Below are positions 10,197-17,962 of a stretch of 64,000 nucleotides of DNA, in pieces. The notes beneath the pieces are model-generated. The model was not told where the DNA came from. It made no database searches and saw nothing but the letters and a program-made list of their open reading frames with translations. Position 1 is the first letter of the stretch, and each line of letters opens with the position of its first letter. The stretch lies in NCBI GenBank assembly GCA_017534305.1, contig JAFWCU010000035.1:79790-143789 (forward strand). The letters are read 5' to 3'. The translations under genes were made by a program, and so were the position numbers. This DNA is from Clostridia bacterium (GTDB lineage: Bacteria; Bacillota; Clostridia; TANB77; CAG-465).

Positions 10197-12242
10197 ATGG
10201 TATTAGATCAACACATAAAACGTATAGATGTAATGGATGTTGGTGGAAAAATGTTAAAAAAGTCTATTCAAAATGACAGTACTCCAACATTAGATTTATT
10301 AGTAAGAGAAGTTGTGCAAAACTCATTAGATGCAAAAAAAGATAATGTAGATTGCGTTAAACTCGAATTTAAAAATGGGAATCTTGATAATAATAAATTA
10401 ATTGAATGCTTAGGAAATATAGGAAAGAAAATAGAAAGTAAGTACCAAACATTTAACAAGAGTTGCTATATGGCTTTTAGAGATAGCAATACAACAGGGC
10501 TAACTGGGCCAATGAACCTTAAAGATGTTGTCGATAATAAGTTTGGAAGATTAATAAATCTTGTCTTCAATATTGGCAAACCACAAACAGCTGAAGGTGC
10601 TGGAGGCTCATGGGGATATGGAAAAACTGTATATTATAGAGTAGGAATTGGTTTAGTGGTATATTATACGAGAATAGTAGAAAATGGTATTTATAAGTCA
10701 AGATTAGTTATTACATTTATTGAAGATGAAGAAAATACCATTATACCATCAGGAAACATTGATAATCAATCTTTAAAAAGTGGAATCATGTGGTTTGGAA
10801 AAAATGTAAATAATAGTTTTTATCCTGTGACAAATGAAAATGAAATAAAAGAGATTTTGAATATTTTTAATATTCCACTATATACAGGAAATGAAACAGG
10901 TACAACAGTAATAATACCATATATAGATGAAGAAAAGCTTTTAGATCAAACTTTTTCAAACGATGAAGATAACAAAAATTATTTTGTATGGAACAAAACT
11001 ATTGAGGAATATATAAAGTATTCAATACAAAAATGGTATGCACCTAGATTAATGAATAGGTACTATAAAGATAATCCTTATTTATATTTCATTATAAATG
11101 GATATCCATTTGATGAATACGACGATTTTCATCCATTTTTTAAAATGATACAAAATTTATATAACAGTTGCATAGGAATTGAAAATGATAATGTTATAGT
11201 AGAAAATATAAAAATAAGAGATAGCTCCGATATTGTTGGAAAAATAGCATATGGTAAATTTACTAAATATGATATGGATATAACGCAACAAGATGCAGAT
11301 CCTTTTACTGAAATAACTAATCTTAGAAAAAATCACGATGTAAATGAACCGATTATTGCTTTTTGCAGAAAGCCTGGAATGATATTAAAGTATGATATAA
11401 AAGAGAAATGGTCAAATAAGATTAAGTTTTTAGATGAAGACAAATATTTGGTAGGATTCTTTTTGGCAAACTCAAATGCTATTTTAAAAGATAAGCCTAA
11501 CGGTCAAGAAAGTTTGGAAGAGTATTTAAGAAGCAGTGAAAAAGCAGACCATATGGACTGGAATGATGAACAAAAATGCAAAATTGTATCAAAACTACAA
11601 AGTAAAGTTCAAACAATAATTAATGATTCTTTAAAAGAAGTTGTTGAAGAAGAACAAATCGAAATAAGTAGTCCACTAAATAAGAAACTAGCTAGATTAT
11701 TTCTTCCTCAAAAAGGTTTTGGAAGAAGACCATCTGGAATTAAAGCTCAAATCCAAGAAGAAAAGAGAGTTTCTCTTTCAAATAAAATTAATGCAACAAT
11801 TAATGATATAGATGGCTCATTTTACATTGATGAAGATGATAATAAAACAAAGTCATATACCGTTAATTTTGGAAATAAAGAAACTGATATGTCTTTTGAA
11901 TTACAGCTTGTTTCTGAAGATGGTACTATTTCTCCAAGTAAATGGTATAAAGATTTTGAAAGGAGATTATTCCCAATTAAAATTCTAAAAATAGATCTTC
12001 TAGAAAAGCATTGTAATAATGATACTGAATATTTAAATAATGTGAGATTACATGAAGAAAATAAAAAATATGAAGACAAAGAATATACATTTGAATTAGA
12101 AAAGGATGAATTTGATCAAATAATAGGATTTAGAATATTAAAAAAAGAAACAATTAAATATTTAAAATTTAGAATTACATATAGATATAATGACGAAAGT
12201 TTTATAGGTTCAATTTCTAAGAAGGGAAATGCAAATGAATAA
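10197..12242 (+). CDS. GHKL (HATPase_c_3, MORC/MutL-like) ATPase
   Basis: LVREVVQNSLDA (Bergerat N-box), RDSNTTGLTG (DxGxG-like) and GGSWGYGKT (G-rich lid). The start is uncertain; the ATG at 10249 after GGTGG is an alternative. Confidence 0.7.
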   Translation: MVLDQHIKRIDVMDVGGKMLKKSIQNDSTPTLDLLVREVVQNSLDAKKDNVDCVKLEFKNGNLDNNKLIECLGNIGKKIESKYQTFNKSCYMAFRDSNTTGLTGPMNLKDVVDNKFGRLINLVFNIGKPQTAEGAGGSWGYGKTVYYRVGIGLVVYYTRIVENGIYKSRLVITFIEDEENTIIPSGNIDNQSLKSGIMWFGKNVNNSFYPVTNENEIKEILNIFNIPLYTGNETGTTVIIPYIDEEKLLDQTFSNDEDNKNYFVWNKTIEEYIKYSIQKWYAPRLMNRYYKDNPYLYFIINGYPFDEYDDFHPFFKMIQNLYNSCIGIENDNVIVENIKIRDSSDIVGKIAYGKFTKYDMDITQQDADPFTEITNLRKNHDVNEPIIAFCRKPGMILKYDIKEKWSNKIKFLDEDKYLVGFFLANSNAILKDKPNGQESLEEYLRSSEKADHMDWNDEQKCKIVSKLQSKVQTIINDSLKEVVEEEQIEISSPLNKKLARLFLPQKGFGRRPSGIKAQIQEEKRVSLSNKINATINDIDGSFYIDEDDNKTKSYTVNFGNKETDMSFELQLVSEDGTISPSKWYKDFERRLFPIKILKIDLLEKHCNNDTEYLNNVRLHEENKKYEDKEYTFELEKDEFDQIIGFRILKKETIKYLKFRITYRYNDESFIGSISKKGNANE

Positions 12243-13146
12243 TATATTAGAAAACTATCCACTTTTGGATAATGATTTGATTGTAAAATCTAAAATTAAT
12301 ATAATACCAGATGTGTATTATACAATAGATGATAACGTGAAAAAACTAAAACTTGACCAGTACAATAATAATTTATTATTAGTTGTTGACGATGAAGAAA
12401 TATGGTCACCAAAGAACAATAATTTATTTATTTCATATAAAGTTGAGATAGATAATCCAAGAGAATTTTATAGTAAAGTCGCAGGAAAAAATTCAAAATT
12501 AGGAATAGTACTAACTTGGAGCTGTAAAAGTACCAAAACAGTAAAATCTACTTTAATAAAAACTTTTGATTATACTGAAGAAAAACTAAACTTTATAACT
12601 GGGTTAAAAATTGATAAGGGAGAAATAGCTAATAAAATTAACATATCATTTAAGTTAGTTATGATAGATAATAATGATTCAAAAAATTATGCAAAGATAG
12701 TTGGAGCCGAACTTGGAGAATTACAAAATGAAATAATTGAAGTAGAAGGAAATGGTTCTATTTTTCCAATGGTATTAATAAAAGATGAAAATGGACCACT
12801 ATGGGAAGCTATTTACAATTTTGATCCTGATGAGTTAAATGAAGAATTAAATTTAAATAAAGTTTGTTTAAGAATAAATGCTTTGCATAAAAACTATAAA
12901 AAAGAAGATTATACACTTGATGGAGAAAATATGACACCTATTTTTAAAGAAATATTATCTCAATTTTTTGTGTTTCTGTTCTATAGAGCTAACTCTATAG
13001 AAGAAATTAGAAGTGAAAAATATGATAATGGTACAATTGGTGCATTTATTCAAAATTTATTATATAGTTTCGATATAGATATGTTAGATGAAATTAACGA
13101 TTTATCAAAAAAAATTAGAAAAAAGATAGATAGTTTGGATGCATAA
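12235..13146 (+). CDS. Hypothetical protein (~303 aa) within the operon
   Basis: ORF track 12229..13146. The ATG at 12235 overlaps the upstream stop (ATGAATAA), indicating translational coupling. No motif recognised. Confidence 0.6.
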   Translation: MNNILENYPLLDNDLIVKSKINIIPDVYYTIDDNVKKLKLDQYNNNLLLVVDDEEIWSPKNNNLFISYKVEIDNPREFYSKVAGKNSKLGIVLTWSCKSTKTVKSTLIKTFDYTEEKLNFITGLKIDKGEIANKINISFKLVMIDNNDSKNYAKIVGAELGELQNEIIEVEGNGSIFPMVLIKDENGPLWEAIYNFDPDELNEELNLNKVCLRINALHKNYKKEDYTLDGENMTPIFKEILSQFFVFLFYRANSIEEIRSEKYDNGTIGAFIQNLLYSFDIDMLDEINDLSKKIRKKIDSLDA

Positions 13147-13158
13147 GAAGGAGAAAAT

Positions 13159-13839
13159 ATGAATTGGAAAGAATTGAGTAATAATGACGCTTCACTAGAG
13201 TTTGAAAAATTGTTAAATGGTACAAGAAATAATGAAACAAAATTAAACTCTAGTTATGAAGAAATGAGAAACGATTTGTTAAATCTATGGAAAGAAACCA
13301 ATAATGAAATACTAGAAAAAAAGTTACCAGGGGACTATTGTTATGATTATATATTTGCTTTAAAAATGTATAATTTACTAACAAACAAATATGGCATTAC
13401 AAAGTATGAAGCTGGAAATGACAATATTTGGATGTATATACATTTAATTGTTAGCCCGGAAATTCTTAGAGATAGAATAGGAATGGACAACCCTGATAGA
13501 TATTATAAACTAAGCAGAAGATTATATTTCAAAAATTTATGGTGGTATATTTATCTTTCATGGAGAATAGATGAAGATACTACTAGAAAGATAATTGAAA
13601 ACAATTCAACTGATACGATATTACAGCTATGTGAAAGAAGCGGAAAACTTGGTTATCGAAGAGAAGTATATAATGAAATTATGTATCAAAAATATTTGAA
13701 AAAAATAAAAGATGGAAGTCCATTTAGAAGTATTATGGTACTTAATACACTTAAAGTAAAAACTATAGATCCATATATATATGATGGCGGAGTAGAAAAA
13801 TATGTACAAGATTTGATAAAAGAGGCTTTGGAGGGATAA
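13159..13839 (+). CDS. Hypothetical protein (226 aa) within the operon
   Basis: RBS AAGGAG. Trp/Tyr-rich segments (NIWMYIHLIVSPEILRDRIG, RRLYFKNLWWYIYLSWR). No catalytic motif recognised. Confidence 0.6.
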   Translation: MNWKELSNNDASLEFEKLLNGTRNNETKLNSSYEEMRNDLLNLWKETNNEILEKKLPGDYCYDYIFALKMYNLLTNKYGITKYEAGNDNIWMYIHLIVSPEILRDRIGMDNPDRYYKLSRRLYFKNLWWYIYLSWRIDEDTTRKIIENNSTDTILQLCERSGKLGYRREVYNEIMYQKYLKKIKDGSPFRSIMVLNTLKVKTIDPYIYDGGVEKYVQDLIKEALEG

Positions 13840-13841
13840 AT

Positions 13842-14732
13842 ATGAAAAAAAACATTTTTAGAGATTGCTATAATTACATGAAGAATGGACAAACTATTAT
13901 GCAAATAGAAAATACGAATAATTTATATGCTGTAAAAGAAGATGGATACTTTGGAGTCGCAGTTGATATTCCTATGGATGCTTTTGATTATGAAGAAAAC
14001 TTTGAAAATATTTTGTGTGTTACGAGATATAAAAATTTTAATGACAGTAACCATAAACTTTTTCAAATAATAACTGATAGGTTAGACCATTTAGATTTTT
14101 TCTTTGATATATGCGAAAATTTCGTATCTTTCTGCACAAAGCAAGAGAATATTTCAATATTAGTATTAAAAGCTTATTGGATTGATGAGTTAAAAGCGTT
14201 TGTTGGAAATAGGCTTGTTGAAGAAAGTTCATATTCTTTTTTAGCTGAATTAAAAGTTTTGGAATATCTATTAACAATAGGGAAAAATGCAATATTAACA
14301 AAAGATGGTACATATGATATTGAATGTGATAAAGAATATTTTGAGGTGAAGTCTACCATCAGTAGATATAACTCAAACATTCATGTAAATAGCCAATATC
14401 AATTAGTATCTAATAGCGATGAATCTTTAAAAATAGTATTTGTAAGATTGGAAGAATTAGAAAATGGAATTTCAATTATCGAAACAATTGAAAAATTAAG
14501 AATTTTGAATTATAATGTAGAAACAATACTTCAAAGGGCAAAAAGAATTGATAGCGATGCTCTAAACAAAAAATATTGTATACATGAAGCGAGAATTTAT
14601 AATGTAGATGATAATTTTCCAAAAATAACTCCAGAAATGTTTCCAAATGAAACATTTCCAAAAGGAATTATTAAAGTTGAATATACAATTGATTTGGATT
14701 CATTAACATATGAGAAAATTGATTTAAAATAG
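13842..14732 (+). CDS. PD-(D/E)XK motif protein (putative nuclease)
   Basis: RBS GGAGGG. Starts 2 nt after the upstream stop. YDIECDKEYFEVKS gives D...E-x-K spacing. Size and context match the PD-(D/E)XK motif proteins that accompany Z1/GHKL genes. Confidence 0.6.
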   Translation: MKKNIFRDCYNYMKNGQTIMQIENTNNLYAVKEDGYFGVAVDIPMDAFDYEENFENILCVTRYKNFNDSNHKLFQIITDRLDHLDFFFDICENFVSFCTKQENISILVLKAYWIDELKAFVGNRLVEESSYSFLAELKVLEYLLTIGKNAILTKDGTYDIECDKEYFEVKSTISRYNSNIHVNSQYQLVSNSDESLKIVFVRLEELENGISIIETIEKLRILNYNVETILQRAKRIDSDALNKKYCIHEARIYNVDDNFPKITPEMFPNETFPKGIIKVEYTIDLDSLTYEKIDLK

Positions 14733-14745
14733 AGGGGGATATAAA

Positions 14746-15855
14746 GTGATAAGGCTAGCAACAGTATTTAGCGGTATAGGAGCAATAGAACAAGCATTAA
14801 AACAACTTGGTATTGATTACAAAGTTGTTTTTGCGTGTGACAATGGAGAAAGATATCTTGATATTGATCAAGAAGAAATAGAAGAGAAAATTAAAGGTTT
14901 AACACCTGAAGAAAAACAAAAATATATTTCTAAAATATATAATGAAACAGGAAAAGTTAACAATGTAAAAAAATCATATTTTGCTAATTATGATATATCA
15001 GAAGATAGATGGTATGAAGATATAAGATTTTTAGATGGTAATAAATATAAAGGAAAAGTAGATTTAATCGTTGGTGGAAGCCCATGTCAAAGCTTTTCTA
15101 CATATGGTAAAAAAAGAGGATTAGAGGATACTAGAGGAACACTATTTTATGACTATGCAAGATTAATAAAAGAAATACAGCCTAAAGTCTTTATTTTTGA
15201 AAATGTAAAAGGTTTATTAAGTCATGACAAAGGAAGAACTTGGTCTGTAATAAAAGATGTATTTGAAAGTTTAAATTATAAAATTAAATATCAAGTTATC
15301 AATGCATGTGATTATGGGCTTCCTCAGCTAAGAAAAAGAGTTTTCGTAGTTGGTATAAATAAAAATATCGAAAGCGAAGAGTTTTCTTTTCCTGATAAAA
15401 TTGAACTTGAACATACAGCCAAAGATTACTTAGATGATGAAGTGGATGACAAATATTATTTGCCATTCAAAGGTTTTAGATATGTTACTACGCCAGAAAG
15501 AAACGAAGGTAGAGCTAGAGTAAATAGAGATATTATTGGATGTGAAACTGCAAATCAACAATTTAACTGGATAGGAGATTTTAGAGTAGAAAAGCCTAAG
15601 CCACAACATTATAATGATCCAAGAATATATATAGGAGAATATGAGGGACAAGAAGCTGTAGCGAGAAAAATGACACCACAAGAATGTTTAAAATTAATGG
15701 GATTTCAAGATTTTAACGTTGTAGTAGATGATAAAACAGCATACAGACAAGCCGGAAATTCAATTGCAGTACCAGTATTAAAAGAAATCACGAAATCAAT
15801 TTTAAATACAGTAAATTTTGATGGAGATGATAGTAATGGAGAAATACAAAAGTAA
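14746..15855 (+). CDS. dcm: DNA (cytosine-5)-methyltransferase
   Basis: GTG start after AGGGGG. Motifs in canonical order: I FSGIGA, IV GGSPCQSFS, VI FENVKG, VIII QLRKRVF, X GNSIAVPV. Confidence 0.9.
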   Translation: MIRLATVFSGIGAIEQALKQLGIDYKVVFACDNGERYLDIDQEEIEEKIKGLTPEEKQKYISKIYNETGKVNNVKKSYFANYDISEDRWYEDIRFLDGNKYKGKVDLIVGGSPCQSFSTYGKKRGLEDTRGTLFYDYARLIKEIQPKVFIFENVKGLLSHDKGRTWSVIKDVFESLNYKIKYQVINACDYGLPQLRKRVFVVGINKNIESEEFSFPDKIELEHTAKDYLDDEVDDKYYLPFKGFRYVTTPERNEGRARVNRDIIGCETANQQFNWIGDFRVEKPKPQHYNDPRIYIGEYEGQEAVARKMTPQECLKLMGFQDFNVVVDDKTAYRQAGNSIAVPVLKEITKSILNTVNFDGDDSNGEIQK

Positions 15856-16810
15856 AATATGGTATTTAGATAGAGGGAAAAATTATTTTACTGATGAAGG
15901 AAAAGATTTTTATAATACTATTATTAATGTGGTAAATTCAAATTATTTTACAAGTAAAATTGACTCATCAGATTTAATTGAAAAATTTCCAAACAAATAC
16001 AAAAAATCTAAAAATCCTAATGCATTATTGACATCGGCAAGAAATATAGGAATTCTTAACAAAAAAAATGTACTAGGAGAAAGTGTTAAATATTATCTAA
16101 ATAATAGACTAACATATAAAGAATTGATTTTTGAAAATCTAACAAAAATTAATTATGATAAAGACTGTTCATATAATGTTAAGCCTTTTTTTGTTATATG
16201 TAAAACATTATATGAACTGTACAAAATTTCAAAAGAAGAAGCATATTTAACTAGAAGTGATTGTAAAAATTATCTGCTAGATATAACTGATTACAATATG
16301 ATAGACTATAAATTTGCATGTAAAATTATTTCTAATAGAGATTTTGAAACATTAGAAAAAGGATATTCATTAGACATTTGGTTTAATGCTTTAAGCGAAT
16401 TTGATATGTTTAATTCTAGTAATAATAACACTATAATAAAAATTAACGAAGGGGAGATTTTATTTTTTAAAGAAGTTTCTTCAAAAGTAAATAAGGTAAA
16501 AACATATAAAAGCAACAATATCTTTAATAGTACAATTGATGAATATTGTTCTAAAGAAACTGGAATTAATTATATCATTCCAAATATTGAATTTAATTCT
16601 GGACTTGAAATTGATAGTAATACAGGAAAAGAAATATATGATTATTTATTTGGAATATCAAACAATATAAGTCAAAAATATTTTAATAATAATTATTTTG
16701 GTGTATATAAGCCTTATAGAAAAATAGCAAATATTGCAATTAGAAAAATAGAATATAATAATATGGAAATAGCTAGATTATTATATAAGATTAATAATGA
16801 GGTGGTTTAA
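15836..16810 (+). CDS. Hypothetical protein (~324 aa) overlapping the 3' end of dcm
   Basis: ORF track 15818..16810. I prefer the ATG at 15836 (GGAG 9 nt upstream), which gives a 20-nt overlap with dcm. No motif recognised. Confidence 0.55.
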   Translation: MEKYKSKIWYLDRGKNYFTDEGKDFYNTIINVVNSNYFTSKIDSSDLIEKFPNKYKKSKNPNALLTSARNIGILNKKNVLGESVKYYLNNRLTYKELIFENLTKINYDKDCSYNVKPFFVICKTLYELYKISKEEAYLTRSDCKNYLLDITDYNMIDYKFACKIISNRDFETLEKGYSLDIWFNALSEFDMFNSSNNNTIIKINEGEILFFKEVSSKVNKVKTYKSNNIFNSTIDEYCSKETGINYIIPNIEFNSGLEIDSNTGKEIYDYLFGISNNISQKYFNNNYFGVYKPYRKIANIAIRKIEYNNMEIARLLYKINNEVV

Positions 16811-17509
16811 ATGTATGGAGTACCTACAGTAAGATTACTTATTAAACCTACTTTTGATGCCCTTAAAAGATTAGGTGGCACAGGAGATAGTGAAAGTATA
16901 CAAAAGGAAGTAATAGAAATAATGGGATTAGATTATGATGCTATAAATGCACCACATAAGGACCATAGTTGTACAGAACTTGAGTATAATTTAAAATGGG
17001 CAAGAACGAACTTAAAAAACGCTAAAATAATTGAAAATTTAGAAAAAGGAATATGGAGAATTTTACCTGAATATAGAAATCATTTTATGACAGCTAATGA
17101 AGCTAATGATATAGCAAAATATAGAGAAAATAAGAATAACTATGTGAAAACCAATAAATCATCTATAATTAATCAAGAATACATTGAAAATAATTATAAT
17201 AACTTAACGCAACAAATTAGACAATTTAACGAAGAAAGAGATTGGGACCAATTCCATTCTCCAGAAAATTTAGCTAAATCTATTTCTATAGAAGCAGGAG
17301 AATTATTAGAATGCTTTCAATGGAATAATGATTATAACAAAGAAGAAGTCTGTGAAGAATTAGCAGATGTATTTACATACTGTATTATGATGGCGGACAA
17401 GCTTGGTGTTAATCCAGAAGAAATCATTTTAAATAAACTAGAGAAAACTAAGAAAAAATATCCAGTAGAAAAATCTAAAGGGGTAAGTACAAAATATGAT
17501 AAATTATAA
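16811..17509 (+). CDS. Fusion of an Mrr_N-like winged helix to a DCTPP1-like MazG nucleotide pyrophosphohydrolase
   Basis: The ATG directly abuts the upstream TAA. The N-terminus (LIKPTFDALKRLGGTGDSESIQKEVIEIMG...LKWARTNLKNAKIIEN..GIWRI) resembles Mrr_N. The C-terminus (ERDWDQFHSPENLAKSISIEAGELLECFQW...EELADVFTYCIMMADKLGV...LEKTKKKYP) aligns by eye with the dCTP pyrophosphatase 1 / MazG-like core. Confidence 0.7.
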   Translation: MYGVPTVRLLIKPTFDALKRLGGTGDSESIQKEVIEIMGLDYDAINAPHKDHSCTELEYNLKWARTNLKNAKIIENLEKGIWRILPEYRNHFMTANEANDIAKYRENKNNYVKTNKSSIINQEYIENNYNNLTQQIRQFNEERDWDQFHSPENLAKSISIEAGELLECFQWNNDYNKEEVCEELADVFTYCIMMADKLGVNPEEIILNKLEKTKKKYPVEKSKGVSTKYDKL

Positions 17510-17879
17510 TACAGAAGAAAAAAGTATACTATACATACTTCATAATATGGAACTTAATAAGTTCTTTACGAATGTTTTTGATATATATGAAATTAGAGGT
17601 GTTGTTGGCGATAAAAACGGAGTTGTTTTCGAGGTAAGAACAAAAGAAAAGGGCCACAATGTGCCACATATTCATGCTAGATATGGCGAATATAATATTT
17701 CTATTGCGATAGATACAGGTGAAGTTTTAAAAGGAAATCTGCCAGGTAAAAAGCAAAAAATCGCACAAAAATGGGTTTTAGACAATAAAGATATGTTAAT
17801 AACAAAATGGAATAATATTGTGGTAAAAGATAATTGGCCATTTAGTAATACAAAATTAAAAGATAAAGCATATAACTAG
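17496..17879 (+). CDS. DUF4160 domain protein
   Basis: VPHIHARYGEYNISIAIDTGEVLKGNLPGKKQKIAQKWV matches the DUF4160 pattern (PHIH..Y.....I.I..G....G.LP). The start is uncertain (17496 overlapping the upstream gene, or 17547). Confidence 0.55.
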   Translation: MINYNTEEKSILYILHNMELNKFFTNVFDIYEIRGVVGDKNGVVFEVRTKEKGHNVPHIHARYGEYNISIAIDTGEVLKGNLPGKKQKIAQKWVLDNKDMLITKWNNIVVKDNWPFSNTKLKDKAYN

Positions 17880-17900
17880 AGATTATATGCTTTATTTTTT
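17865..17900 (+). terminator. Intrinsic terminator ending the operon
   Basis: AAAGCATATAA-ctagaga-TTATATGCTTT hairpin spanning the stop codon, then a T-run. Confidence 0.65.
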
Positions 17901-17962
17901 GTCTTATCTTGTAACCCAGATCTCTCTGTGATAAAATATAACCATATTTTGGAGGTCGAAAT

